Part shown: positions 1 to 15,600 of the stretch, piece by piece
Layout: every line of letters begins with the position of its first letter
Numbering within the stretch: the stretch's first letter is position 1
Origin: Tubiluchus corallicola
Lineage: Eukaryota > Animalia > Priapulida
Length of the DNA stretch: 64,000 nt
NCBI GenBank assembly: GCA_030141605.1
Contig: JAQGDQ010000002.1
Coordinates: 2,480,001-2,544,000 of the forward strand
Direction of reading: 5' to 3'
Notes under the pieces: generated by a model
The model's input: only the letters and a program-made list of their open reading frames with translations
Told to the model about the DNA's origin: nothing
Databases searched by the model: none
Translations under genes and position numbers: made by a program

Positions 1-303
1 AATACAATCTATTAGTCACATTTAACATTTGTAGATTATCTGAAGATCTACACAAACAAATTGCAGCACTTATACACAAAAACCATTTAATTCAGACAAA
101 AATGACCCCAGAAAAGTTTGCCCGACAAATGTGGAGTGCAAAACAAGAGAACAAGTTAAAGAACAGCGGCCAGTTTAATAGTAGGAATAAACCAGAATAG
201 AGCAGGATTTGGTGTCATAAAAATTATTTTTTTAATCAGACTTTTTTAGCATCTTATTGATAACCTAAGCTGCACTGTAACAACATAATAAAGGTGTTGA
301 TAC

Positions 304-641
304 CTTCTCTAGATCTTTAAAACCGATACGAAGTATATGCAAGTCTTTTTCTAATTCAGTCATGTTGACCTTAGCGGCATAATGCACATGTTCGAGATCA
401 TTGTGCACTTTCAGTACATCAGGAAATTTCCTTTCCAACATATTGATGAGATAATGTAGCAACGTGATGGATGTATCAACACTAGACTTAGTGTCAACAA
501 TCTTGTTCAAGCTCTGTAACTTGAAACCGAATGCATTGCTTCGTTGACCCCGATTCATAAAGTTTCCAAAAGCCAGAATGATTTCGAGTAGCTTTCTTAA
601 TCGCTTGCTTCGGTAGACTTCTTTCGATGCATTTATCACAC
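304..641 (-). CDS. DAAM: DAAM FH2 exon (VINASKEV...GNFMN...KDLEK)
   Basis: overlaps ORF 265..639; GNxMN FH2 motif; AG/GT flanks. Confidence 0.95.
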
Positions 642-3600
642 CTGTGCAGTTAAAGTTAAAAGTATTACTTTATCTATGGATGAGTGGCTGGCTGGTTCGA
701 TACTCGCTCCGGATGGTGTTATGCATAAACCCTAGCTGATTACCTAGTAGGATGATGAATATATACCTCCAAACACCTATACCCATTCGGTGGCTTACCT
801 TAGAGGGACATCCTTGACAAAGAGTCAAGCACCAGACATGCCACAAATAGCTCTAGCAGAAGGGCATACCTTAGAATGTTAGATCTCCGTTTGTGAACTG
901 AAATACTTTATTACCCATTTTAAACTGTAACAATGTCAAATGAAATAATGATGCTACAGTATAGATTTCTCTTGAACTGGTTATTACAAACTTACTAACT
1001 AAAATTAGATTTACAATTGGCTATAATTTTAATTATGGAATGTGAGCTTCAATTATGGAATATCACACATTTTATAATGCACGCTTCAACAGATTTGTCA
1101 CTACAAAAGCCCAAGTAAAACTTTATGCAGCGTCCACACTTTCATAAAAATCGTTTACTTACTATTAACTTTAGGTTTGATATCAGTGATTCGCTCAGCA
1201 AATTTTTTCTTGTAAACAAGCGCTTTTAACCTTTCTTCATAATGGACAATTCGGCTCATGTCATAAAGGAAACGATCTGCTCTTGCCATAGAATCTATCT
1301 CGTGACTGTGTTCTTCTAGCATTGCCTTCTCTTCAGGCATTGGCACAAACTTGAGAAGCTAAAAACGTAATTATAAAACATTTCCATACTTTGTTTATGC
1401 TACTTTTGTATCACATAGCAGTAACTCTGAAACTGAAATGCATTACCAGTATAAACTTTTTTTCAATAATAGGATCATTGCAACAGTTGTTATGACAACA
1501 TAATGCTCTATGGTTTACAGGCCTTAGAATAATGGCGTAACGTCTATTGCCATTCGTAACCACGGTGTGGCACATGGGGCACAAAAAATTTGTCCTGGCT
1601 ACCTCAACATGGGCAAGAAGAAAGTGGTTGTTATAGGTGCAGGTCCGGCAGGGCTAACATCAGCAAGAGCACTTTCTGAGAAGTCTGAAATGTTTGATTT
1701 TGTTGTTTTTGACACACAAAGCAAAATAGGTGAGCTATTAAACGACCATTAACATTTAATTATTAATTTAGTTAACACCACGGATATTAAACAAGAATGC
1801 CAAAATGTACCTGGTATTATCAATTACGAACTAAAGCAACATACAGATGACAAATCTGTATTAGTTATTAAATTTTTAAATAATAAATAAAATGTAAAAA
1901 AAGCTAAAGCCTAATTTGCATATAAGACCATTCTCATGGACATCAATGTTTTGACCACTAGACCATGTTTCTACAGCATGAACTCTATTTTCTATTCGAG
2001 CATTTTTGACTGTATTTAGTGGTTCACCTCAAATCTCAAATAAGCCTTGATAAAGGGGTAGGTAAGTGACTAGAATGCAGCAGGACTAATTAGAATCACA
2101 AGTGATTGGTTGCTTCTACAGCATGAAGTCGGGATTGTACTATATTGTGGGTTCAATTACAGGTTCATTTTCAGCTAATTTTGTCTAAAAATCATAAAAT
2201 GTAAGTTCAAAAAGACTGTTAATCAAGATTCTTATGATTAAGATATTTATTATGATTTAGTTATTTCAAACTTGAATACAGGTAGTGCAATACATTACAA
2301 GATTTCTTTCTTGAAATATACCAGTATGGTCAGTACACCAGTTATATGCATTTGTGTACTTGATATCAATAGTGAATTTCACTATGTTTTTCAGAAAGTA
2401 ATTGTTATGCTTACAGGTGGCGTTTGGGTTTATTCAGATAACACTGGCATAGACGAGCATGGTTTTAGTGTGCACTCAGGCCTGTACAAGAACTTAATCT
2501 GCAATTTTCCAATAGAGATGCAAGAGTTCCAGGAATTTACATTCCAAGATGCATACCACGGTCGTATAAAACCATTTTCAATGGTGGGATACAAACAAAT
2601 GTACGATTACATGATGAAATATGTTGAACGTTATAAACTGGCACCTCACATTAAACTAAACAAACACGTGACGCAAGTTACCCCATTGTTTATCGACCAT
2701 GCTTCACAGCCACGATGGAAGGTTACAACAATAGAGAAGAAAACTCGACGCATCTTTAGAGATGTTTTCGACATTGTTCTAATTTGTGTAGGAATTTATG
2801 TAGACCCAGTTTTTGTGGACTTTCCTGGATTAAACACATTTGAGGGAAAAGTAATTCATAGCAAAAGCTATCGTATACCACAGAAGTTTGCTGACAAAAA
2901 TGTACTTATTATAGGCAGCAGTGTTTCTTCATATGACATAGGACTAGATTTATCCCCATTTGCAAAACATGTAACTATAGCCCGCAGTGGCAGTGATGAA
3001 TTCAATTTAGCCCAGCAAGAAAAATCAGGAATATTCCCACCAAACATGAGAACTGTTCCATGGGTGTCACATCTAGACAAGAAGACTGTGGCTTTTGAAG
3101 ATGGTCAAACATTAGAACCAGATGTAATTATATTCTGCACGGGTTACAGAGCAAACTTCGATTTTTTGACACCAGAGTGTGGGCTAACGATAGACGGCCA
3201 TTTTGTATTTCCTGTTTATAAGCACTTGATCAATGCCAGGTACCCGTCCATGATGTTTTTGAACCTGGCAACATGTGCCATTGCTTTCATTACACCCACA
3301 CAACAGATACCATTTGTAATGCACATCTTGACTGGCTCTTATCAGCTGTCCAGTTCAGAAGAGATGATAGCAGAAGCCAAAAAAGATGCAGACTTCAGAC
3401 GGTCATTAGGACTTAGCAACCGCCATATGCACAAGTTTATGATGCCGCCTCTCTTTTGCCCTTTTCAGTACATTAATGAAATGAGGCATCTTGCTGGCAT
3501 GGGGCCAATCACTATTAGATTGCACAAACTGCTACATTTGCACAATAATAGGATAAAGAAAGATTGTGTGAACTTTCGAAAGACGTTTCAAGATCTGACA

Positions 3601-6600
3601 TGGGAAGAAGTTGATGCAGTTAATGTGGACCATGCAGAAACAAGAAAGTAATATGTGTTATCTGGCTTGAAGCAATTGACAGCAGTTAAGACAATTGAAC
3701 AACAAATATGAATAATAAGAGAAAATTTCCTACTGAAAAAACATTCCTGAAACATAACAGTAATTAATTACTGAAATTATTACGATGACAAAGTAGTTTG
3801 AATTTGCTATCATATACGTAATTGGCGAGAAAAGAGCACAATGCATGCTTAAGCAATGCCAAGTCTGGTCAGTAAATGGATCAGTTTCCGAAAGGAAAAC
3901 CGCTACTGAAAGATTTCATGTGCTATACTGTGCAGGGCTAGTTTATTGGTTGAGAGAGGATGCATACGCATTAAAAAATGTGGTTAAGGCTGCCGATTCA
4001 GTATCTCATCTTAGAGGATTAATTATGAACTTCGGTTATGCCGGAAGCAGTTGCATTGAGTAGGACCTATTGATAAGTGCTAGCTCCGCAACTTGCCGAG
4101 TGCTGAAAGCGTAAAAAGTTTTCATTTCTTTGCAAAATATTAACAAAGGTGCTGTAACATTAACCAAACCAGACTTGCAAGTTTCTTCCTCAAATATGTC
4201 TGTTTCCCAGCAATAACGAGGAACACAATCATTGTACAAAGAGCAAGAATGTAAAAGACATCTTTACTTCTAGCTTCATTAATAGCTGCAAATTTAGTGG
4301 TATCAATGACAACAAAACAAACAAGACAGCAATAGGCAGAGAATACAAGTTACAAAATAAGACACATCATGCTATTCAATTAAACTGTATTCAAGAACCC
4401 CACAGCAATATATGTTGTATATCTTTTGAACAAATTTGTTCAATTCAAATCACCTGTTCGGCAAGATCCTTTGGGATTTCTTCCCTTTCGTCCATGTTGC
4501 GCAGTGCCCACACTATTTCACTATTTGTCATTTTTAACTTAGACAAGAGGATGGTACAATTCTGAGCCCTTCGGCCATCGATGACCGACAATTCCTTTCG
4601 CTTGCCTGATCGATGAAGATCTTCATTGGAATCTTCATGCTGTGCAAAAATAAAGCAAAATGGCTCACAAAATCTTTAAATAAACATACAATTGTCTCTT
4701 GAGGTTTCAAAACACTTTTAACATTTTTTGCTATATCTGTTAACTGTCATAAATTTTGTCTGCACGAATGATTTGCTCACTTCCAGGAAAAATCTGTTTA
4801 ACGCTTCCACAACATCTAGACTAAAAATACATTTAAAACAACAGCTTAGCTCCAAGTTAACATACTGATGTTTACTTAATTTAAACCACTAAAAAGGCAC
4901 ACCATGATTACTGCAGCAGAAAGCTTTCCTCGGTTAGTAAGTGCATGTGCATTAAATACATAGTTTCATTTAAATTTTTTAAGGATTTTACCATGCCCAA
5001 TGTTATCAAGTTAAAAAAAAATAAAGAAAAAATTCGTACCACATTATCTGATGATGACTGCAATCCAATGTGCGTGCACATGTGAGTAATAAAAAACATG
5101 TTAGTATAACAATAATTATATGAATCACTAGCAGCTAGATTATCATTATCATTTTATAAAACAGCAAAAATAAACACTACACTAAATTATTTTATAAATG
5201 ATAATGAAAAAAGTGCAAAACTGGCTAACGACTATATTTAAATGATGCAATGATGAATATTTCATGCACTAACACTGACTATATAAAGTTTTATACACTA
5301 CATTTCCTTCTACCATCTTTAATGTTATGAAAGATCAGAATGTTTTCAATCATTATTAACAAATAAGACAAAATAAATATAAACACATTTTGTATTTTAT
5401 GAATTTGCAGGAATTTATTAAGAACAGTAATTAAGATGGATTTAACAGAATTACTTTCAAATGTGGTATACGCATTAAATGTCATATTAGAAGCTTGTGT
5501 GAAACAGATATTACCTTCTGATAGGCAGAGAACGTTCGTTCAAATTCTTGCAGATCCATAATTTTGTAAAGTTTTTCATCATCTAGTTCAGCCCACACAG
5601 TGCCTGGTAGCTTGTTCTATAAAAAACAATTTTAATATAATTTGAAAGTAGCCAATTTCTTAAACAAACGAAAACATATACATTTAATTTGAATGGCCAA
5701 TAATTTAGCAATTGAAACATTCGAAGAATGACATTTGAAAAATGTCACTATTTTATGTGCTCACTCCGCAAATTTCAAGAAATTATGCATTTTATGAAAT
5801 TATTTAGTTCAAAATGTGAGTTTTTAATACTTACTTCAGGCAATTTGGCCCAATTAAAAGATTTTAATGGTGCACTCGGTTTAGGAATGTTCTTCTTTTT
5901 TAATGGTGCCACAGGTTGTGATGGACCACTAGGTGGTGGTGGTGGACCTACAGCAAAAACATCATACTTAACATTAACTGCTGTCAAAATGAAAACCAAG
6001 ATTAAGTTATTAATTAGGCTAAAGCGTTGCCTCTATGGGATTTAAATAAATACAAGACACAAGACGAAAGAGTAAAAAAATATTAGGCAACTCAGCTCTT
6101 AACTATAGCAAATGATGTCTATCATAGTTCACAAAATCATAAAACCCTCACCAGGAGGAGCAGGAGCTAGAGGAGGTGGTGGTGGAGTGGGTCCTGCAGT
6201 ACAGGGTGGTGGTGGTGGCGGTGGTGCTGCTGCTGCTGATGGTGGTCCCACTGTAGCCGAGCTGGACACTCCACCCTGGAAATATAATATTAAACACACT
6301 TATTCAACATTTCAAAATTTTTGTTAACAAAACAAAAAAGGAATTTAGCAACAGAGGCAAAATAGCCAAGATAGACATGATACGCATAGGTCTGTGTGAT
6401 TGCTGTCGGACAAACAAAATCTGAAAGCATTCTGTGGTGGCATTTCAAAGTCATTGACATTGGCAGTAGATGCTGGAAGCTTTTCTTATTTTTTAAGCAT
6501 CTGGCATGATGGCATCCAGCGTCTGTTATTCTCTACCAGCTAAAGGTGGCCTGTAAATTTTTATGTGAACAAGTGACATAAAAAAAGCATTGCAAAAATA

Positions 6601-9600
6601 AATTTGATATTGTCTATTTTGTTTTCTGCAAAGAACAAAGAAATTGGTTGCCAGATACTTGCTGTTAACTTATTACCAAATGAACGTTAGATGCTGGAAG
6701 TCAGGAGGCATAACACTACTTCAAGATACAAAATGACTATCATCAGTATTTTTAAGACTTAGTCATTAAATTCAGAGAGTTACTGTGAAGCCTATTTTGT
6801 TGTTTATAAAAAAGATAATATGGATGCAAATCAGATAAACTCACATCAATAAGAAGCTTACATTTCCTTAGTTATACAATGAAAGCCGGTACATTTAAAA
6901 TACGAAGATTATAGTGACAATTTTTCTCATAGTGACATCTAGTAGTTCATTTTTACTCACTTCTTTCTGGGGCTCCGAAAGGAACTATGAGTTCTAAATG
7001 CGAATTTATTGAATCTGTTAGCTCACTATAGGTGACAGTGCCATAGCATCTATTGCATATTAGCTTACAATAAACCACAGCACCAGAGAAATAGTGCCAT
7101 ACTGTACATTGTAATACAGCTTGCAGTTAAATCACACATAATTAAGACATGATTTTGTAGGACTACTGCAAAATTATAATATTTAACAGTATGATTAGTA
7201 TAATACAAAATTGGTTATGAAGAGATTGGTCAAATGCAAAGCAAGTATGGTTATGCAGTTGCAACAGTTCTAAGAAAAAGTTAAAAAGTATTTCAGGAAT
7301 GTTTGATTGAGTGATCGTCGAACAGAATTAATACAAAACTCAAAGACATTACTAACACATAAATTTACCACCAGTAATCTATTTGGAGTATGCTCTCTGA
7401 CATAGGTGACATCTAGTAATCCACTTTTTGAAATATTGCAACATTTGTTTATTCCCTTGCATGCGACAATTTGCCAGTTGCAAAACCAGTCAGAGACACA
7501 AAATCTATTATAAGTTGTTTAACAGAAAAAGTGAATTATTTTGTTTTTTCTATATGTAAAACATCGACAAATGCTATTGCCATTTTGACAAAACTTTGGG
7601 AATAAAGCAAATGGTGCACTTTTACTGGCCAATAATGCACAAAAATATTTTATTTACAGTGTAAAGTAAATTGTGCTAGGCTGCAAGATTAGCTTTTGTC
7701 AAACAATTCACAGAGTGGATAGAAACAATGATGCAAGTTATTCATTGCTATTTCAAAGTTCACAAAAAAATTAATTTAACATAAAATTAAAAATATAAAA
7801 TAACAAAAAGCACATAATATGAATTGCGAAAAGCATGTAAGATAAAGAAGCAGGCGAGGCAGGATAACAACACCAAGAGTTTCCAATTGCCGCCATTAGA
7901 TGACGCAGACTCACCCCTGCCAACTGCTCAGTCATTTTCAACTGCAGCTCGGTCAAGCGCTGCTTCGTCTCCATGTGATCTAGTGACTCTTTGTCCAGTT
8001 TTGCCTTAAGTTTCTCTAAACTCAGACCTACATCTTCCTACATGAATGACGTGATGATGTATAATAAACAAAGGTGCAACACAAAGATAGCTTCTAGTAC
8101 ACACCAAACCATGTTAGTTTTATTCTAACCCCCACCATTGTTTTTATGGCACATGCAAATTTTAATATAACCATTAAAAATATGTGCTTTACATTCTTTG
8201 TAACACAGATAAAAATGAAGCAGTCATTGCAGTTAAACACAAAACCCATATTTTCACCGTAAGTTAATGTCCAAGCCCCAGCAAATGTATACACAGCGAA
8301 AGTTAACATTAGTGAACTAGAAAAAGTCGAAACCAAAACCTTAGTACTAATAGTTTAAGATATACAGGTTATATACACACCATACAATCTGCCTTTAAAC
8401 AAATGCTGATAAACAATTATGTATGTTAGAAAATAGGACAACAAAAGGTATTATAAGTCGGAATATAAATGCAGATGAGAAGCAATTGTTAATTTTAAAA
8501 GTTAACACCAAATCACCAATAATGACAAACAAGGCAACAATCTTTAACACATTTATTACATTCATTACAACAAACTAATTAAACTAAAATTTTATTAACA
8601 AACAAATCTGAGTACATATAAATATGATGCTGCAACAGTATGAGTGCATTAGACATCCTACAAAAACTGACGAATCAATGGTCAGTCTGCATGCTGATTT
8701 TGAAAAGACTTAGCCCTTTAGCAATACAGTAAAATGTATCACATCATATATATATATGACTCAATTTGTGTGACAACATGACATACCAAGATAAATTTAA
8801 ATTAAAAATCAAACGTGTAACAGTGCAACTAAACTATTTAAATTATCATGCAGGCTCAGATGATAAAATGCACAAAATGAGATGAGACGAATTAAAATTC
8901 GGGTTGTCCAGAGTTCATTTACCGAGGTAGTTCTACATAATTTGGATTTAAAGCGCAGTCCATGGGAAACACAAAAAAACTTCCTCAATAAGTAAAAGCT
9001 GTTTTATGTTACCTATACTTAGGTAACATTGTAGATGTAGATACAAGACACAACAAACAAGTGAAGTTGTAATTGTGTATGAAAAGTAAAGCAGTTGTTA
9101 TGAAGAAAATGTAAATGATTTTGTAAAAGTCCTGTAATTTGTTTTAAATCAGGAATGTGTTTAGAGCACTTGCATAGGGAGAAAATTATTATTCAACATT
9201 CTAAAAAGGAAAAATGTGGAAAACTAGAATAGCAAAACAAATGGTAAATGCATCCAAGGGTCTTAAAATACTCAAGGTAACATTCTCGGTTTATTTGTTT
9301 TTGAGTGATAGTTATAAAGACAATGAAAACAACAACAGCAGTATAGTGTGTAACAAAAGTTGACTTAAATTACAACAGGCAGCAGGCAAGAATAAAAATG
9401 TATTAATTCAGATAAAACACAATGGCCAAATGCTAGCCACTGCTGTGTACCTTATGCAAAACAGCATCTTCGAGTTGTTTTTCTTTCTTTGCTAAAAGCT
9501 CTACCATTTCGGCATTTTCTTTTTCTAATGTTTCAGCTTTTTCCTTTGCTAGGCGTATTTCTTCTTCTGTTGCTAACCTATTTAAAATAACACTAATAGC

Positions 9601-12600
9601 TTATTTGCAAAATTAGTGAATGCAAATTTAATAGATTCGTTTAACAATTATTTTAAATTCTTTTCAAACATTCTATTGCAAAGTTGACACTGAATGATGT
9701 AATAATGATAGCACCCTTACGGCAATGCTTTAAGTGTACAATGCAAGAAAATAGTTAAAACTCAATAAAGAACCCACTGTCATGCAAAGTCTATAACATA
9801 CATTTCAACGATTTCCTTGACGTTGATTTGTAGTGGTTCTACGTCTGGATTCTCACGATTTTCATTTTGCAAAACAATTTGCTGAACAATTCGGTCAAAC
9901 ATTAGCCAGTGTTGAGGACATGAACCTAAATCCACTGAAAATTGCAAACATTGCTAAGTATTGGTAATCGTGAAAGCCAATCTGCACAGTACTAAACAAT
10001 TTATAGTGAGCTAGCATATTTATTTGCCTCACACAGCAAGGTTAAATAATCACAATAAATTCACAATCAAATATGTATCTAAGGTAAAGCACAATTGCTT
10101 TGATTTCACACATTATATATTTATCTTTAGTTATTTTTGCAGCAGTGGTTTCCAAAAAAATAAGTACTCTACATAAAATAAGTAACAAGTTCAAATAGCT
10201 CACATTGACTGACTAGTTTAGCATCAATTATTATGAAGAGACATGAAAAGCATGCCGCACACAAGTTGCAGAATTACAGAATTATTAAAGAATTACAGTA
10301 ACAGTATTGTACATGTTCCTTCTATATCACAATAGCACAGTTTTGCCTAATCAATGTTCGGTTAACTCATCTGTTTTTATTTACAGACAACTACCCATGT
10401 TAGTAAAGTAAAAGTCTTCTAAGCAGTGAAGTATGTAAAAAACTTACATGGCAATAATAAAGAATGTTCTAGCATAGACATGAAATGAGGATATGCAGGC
10501 GTAAGGCTCAGTTTTTGTTTTAACACATCAAACATGGCCGATGCACTTTTCGTATCAATATGAACCTTGTCAAATCGCCTCGCTAATTCTTTATCATCTT
10601 CGGTACGCACCATTTCAAAAAAATCTATATGCCTGAAAGGAACATCTGTATAAGGCACTCTCAAGTGAATGTGAACATATTATCACACATGTATTGCTTT
10701 TGACATTACCATTTCACTGCAAGTCGGATGAGCAAGTTCATTAGTTCCTTGGAAACATATTAAACCTAGAGCAATGTGATTACCTGTCATATGTATTAAC
10801 ATCTGACAGCACGTGACTCATAACACAAAAACCCTTAATTTAATTCTCAAGTTGAGCATTGTCACACCAATCACATTGAAATGCATTAACAATAAATTCT
10901 GTCTCATCTTGTCTAGCAAATATAAATAATTAATAGCAGTAAGACAATTATATACAAACACGGTAGGCCTGGAGATGGTTCCCAAATGTTATCACGAACA
11001 AAAATGCAAATTGAAGAATACAGACACTTACACTAGATACCAAGGCTATATAAAATCTACGTGATGTTTCTTCATCAATTGATTGTATTAAGTGTTAATA
11101 ATTTAACATCAATATTTAATTTATTACTAACACTTGATTGTCATGCAGCAGATTTTGTAACATGCAGTTCTTTTGCATTACAGCTTAAGGTATTTACTAA
11201 TCAGTTATGTGTAACTGTACACCAAAGGTTATGATTAATAAAACAATAAAATATATTGAGGCAAAAAAAAACAAGTACCTGTCCAAAGTCGAATTTTCGT
11301 GTGTACGTAGCTTTTCTAAGACTGGTTGAATTCCTAACATGAGAAACTCGTATCGTAAATGTACTCGGAACTCAAAATGCTCCATGCCTGGTCCATAGTT
11401 TATCGCAGCATTGATAAAAGACAGTATGGCAGTTTTTAAATTTACCTCTTCTCGGTAAATTCCTGTGCTCCGGTCAAGATCGTTGACTATTGTCTAAAAA
11501 AGTTTTAAATGTTCATTAGTAGTGACAAACAACTGCATATATTAAAAATAGTGACATGCAAGAAAGCTATGACAAAAAATTATACGCAGCAACTGTGTAT
11601 CACTGCTAACAATTTTTAAGCATTAGCTATTGTAGCTATTACTTGCAGAACTAAAAATAGCTATTTTGAATGAAAATGTAATTTTCTTAATAATTTATTT
11701 AATATTGAACGATGTAATCTATTTTATAGAAACAATATAGATACCAGGTACAGATTGTAAAATACTTTGGCTTTTTTCCTAAGTGTTTATATCTTTGACT
11801 CAACTGTTTTTGCTAATTTAAAAGTTACCACTGCACTATTACTCAATATATAGACAGTGATCTCATCACTGTTGCAACTCAGATTTTATCATGTGCAATA
11901 CAATGAAAATTTTTATGGCAACAGAAATATATGTAGACAACAACTCACAAAAATGTTCACATGTAAAGGAAATTAATTAAACTTCTAACATCTTTAAGTT
12001 TATACATATGAACCAGCTACTGTATTTAGGAAGGCATCTTAGCAGAGAGCCAAAATAATAACAAACAATTTTTCATCATTCAAAAGCAAATTTTTAATTG
12101 CAATTATGTTGAGAAAAACTGCACTTGTACAAGCACTTTTAATGTCAGTACCAATAATCTGATTACCTGAAACCTTGTCCGCTCACAAGCATACTTTTGA
12201 TAATGCATCATAGCATCTAAAACTTTGCGGTGACCTCCAGCCACCAAACAAACAGCACCTAGAATTTCTAATACAGCTATTTTTGTTTTGATATTCTCCG
12301 TACTCAAGCTCTGGGCAATTATGTCTATGCTATCTGGATGGGCTAAAACATGAGCTCTACCAGTCTGAAAGCAAAAAGTTTCGATTTTTTGAATTAACCA
12401 CATTGTAACAATGACAAAAGCAAGTAAGCTATGGAAAATAAATTTCTGGCACAACCACATGGTTAACAAAACAATGTTATTAACTGCTAAAACACAATAA
12501 CGTAAGTTACTAAACAGTGAATGTCATATAGACCAGACATTAAATTTCAAAAAAACATAAACCTAGAGTTCCTGCACAACTAAAAATTAAGAATACATCA

Positions 12601-15600
12601 ATCAAAACATTTACATTTTAAGAACTATTCACACTAATACAACCACTTTGATTAATTAGTTGAGTTTCTAAGCTCCACATTTAATCTGAAGTGTCCACAG
12701 ATAAATTAACCAAACCAAAGCGGATTATTCAGAACATCCTTAAAAACGGACACTTGGATGGCAAACCTATGCAGTGGTGACCATTTAAAAACATTCTTTT
12801 AATGTAAAAGCTCCAACCTAGTAATTCTGCTCCAGGCTAGTAATTCTGGTGCATAAGCTTATTATTGCCAGACAAAAAACACTTACCGAATTATTCATTA
12901 AAGCTTTGACACAACCTATAACTGAAGTATGTATACTACTACAGCTTGTGTCATAGTCCATATTCTCCAAGAAATTCAGAAGGCAATTTAACCCATCTAG
13001 TTCCAGGAACCTACAGAAAAAAGAACTTGCCAGATAAAAATAAAAAATATCATTGCAATCGTAGTTTGGAGTGTTTGAATATTAAATGTTAACTTTAAAC
13101 ACATGCTGACTCTATTATGCATAGGATACCTAGGTTAAGAGCTTAGAAAAAAATACACAAAAATGACTGACAGGGATATCTTGACTATTTTCCACACGTC
13201 CTGTTACAATCAATACCCTAGGCACTATAAAAACTGGTATATAAAAGTAATATTTCAAATGCATATTAATTCTTCATCTTTATTGAAACTGAAATCAAGT
13301 AAGACTAGCTCAGAATATTTGCAGCCGAGAAGGGATAATCCGTTAAACTAAGCAAAAGCAGTTTCATAAGGACATGGCCCGCTTCTAGAAACAATCTAGA
13401 TAAGCGATTTTTTACAGTGCTGTTGGTACTACTTTAGCCACGCCCATACTCTCTGTTTACACATGGCCAAGTATAGAAGACTAGTCAACAAGATCGATGA
13501 ATAGATAACCAGTAAGCCTTGCTGACAAAGCAGCAAATGCAACTATGAAACAGAGTTGATTAGTGTAGGCAGAATAGCCCAGACTTTTTGTTTAGAATGT
13601 TTCACAACTCCTTAATGAAATTATAACAGCTGTTTCTGCCTTAATGTAAGTGACGAATGCAGAGAACCCACATAAATATCTTAAAAATTTAGTAGACAGT
13701 ACATACTAAATTTAAAAAATTACGAGGTTTATTTTACCTCATGACAAAGCTCATGGGCTGCGTGCGTAGTGCAGTTTTTAGGCTATCGACACATTGCGTC
13801 CGTACTCTGATTTCATCTTCATCTCGAGGAAATAAGAGCTAAAACATGGAATAGCAAAAGAGAAATTTTAGCATTACTTAATTTGGAGACATTGTTCACT
13901 AGCTACCATAGTTGTTCTACAATCTTGCATACCCACCAATGCCCAAACAAGTTGGCACTAAACATAGCAGTTAAACAAGCTAGCACACTGTTTTAAAAAA
14001 TGCTCTCTTTTCAAGAAGAAATAAATAACCTTAAGTCCATAGATAACAAATAGGTTCAAAACCAGTGACACTTGAAAAGACACAGAAAGGTAAACAAGTT
14101 TAAAATCAGATTAACTATAAACAGCCCACCTTTTTTAAAGTCTTTGCTAAAAATCATGCAAGAGACCTAAAGTTAACTCACATCATTACAGTATACACAA
14201 TATACATTTTTCTCTGTTTTCCAATGATTTTCATATTGTGTGAAGTTATTCTATAATTTACTTTAAACGTGTCCAATGCTGTTAGCACAGAAAGGATCAG
14301 TAGGTTAAGTAAAGACTTACTTTGGCCATTGAATTCACTCTTTCTATGTAATAGTCTGGCCAATTCTTCATACTCAAATCGTCTTGATCCTACAAAGCAG
14401 AAGAAAAATACATGCTATAATTTTAGTGTGCAATACAAGTTAACAAAATCTGAAATGGCTGACAACATTAAAACAGAAACAAGCAAAAAAAATTTTAATG
14501 AGTATTATTATAGAATCTAAGAAAAGAAAAATTTAAACAAAGAAATGACCTCCCACCCACTAGCCATTATCCCATCCAAACCCTCTAAGGGGGAAAATCA
14601 AAATTCAAGCTCTATTACGCCCTTGGTATGCGCGCATGCAGATATTAGCATCGAAAGTTGCATTTGCAAACAAAGAAATGGCGATGAAGTAGTATTTTCC
14701 GGGTTATCCTAAAAAGTACCTCCCAATGGGATTCCACAGCGTACATGCCTACCAAATCTAATCACTCATTATAAAGTCTTAGCATTTTTTGAAGTGTGTA
14801 CAATAATAACAACAACAATGCAAATAAGTACTTGGCACTGACCTACAGAGTAAAAAAAGTAAAACAATTAAGACACTGTGCTCTTTCACATATGTGTTGT
14901 CAGCTTAATAAAGAAAAGAAGACATTTACTCAAATTAAGGTGCTTCCGAAAAAATAAATTTATGCAAATTAAGTTTTGCTTTGAAAAGAATTCCCGCACC
15001 TGCTTCTTTGTGCAGTAGATTTGCCATTTCTTTTCCAATGGCAAGTTAAACATGGCTTCCCTATGTTGTGGCGTGAGATCCAACTCATCCTATAAAATAA
15101 GCATTTAGAATTTTTAAATCAAGGCAGTAAAAGTAGATGATAAAGTTTTGCGTCTGAGATAATTTATGAACATTTAAACATTTTATTCATGCTTTTTCGT
15201 GCATGTGCAGTTACTGGTTGGGGTGATTTGAATAGTGTATTATGGTAAACAAGGTTATTAACAAACTATTTTAGTGAGCTAAGTACTGTATACATGAAAT
15301 AACTCAAACAAGATAATACTACTGCACATTTTTTTTGTTTTCTTCATCCACTGGAATATTACAACTGTTTAAATTAAATTCATCGGTGCCTGTCTAGTGC
15401 TTACTTCAGCACTTGCCCTAACAGACATTCCCACTGCCAGTAACAATATTGACAGAATGGCTGCTCACAGACTGAAAATCAATTCATACTGACTGAGGGC
15501 TAAAATGTACAGCCTGTACAAATTAGCACCACAATACAGCAATATTTTCAAATACAGCAAATACTGCTAACCCCGGGACAAAGGTTACTGTCCAGTAGAT

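Noticed and set aside
2272-2416. N-terminal ~48 aa of ORF 2272..3651
   Set aside because: Intronic; the real FMO N-terminus (GAGPAG) is in exon 1609-1729
6961-7014. 54-nt AG...GTGAGT segment in the DAAM intron 6276-7914
   Set aside because: In the required phase 0 it gives IQ-stop, and the acceptor has no good pyrimidine tract
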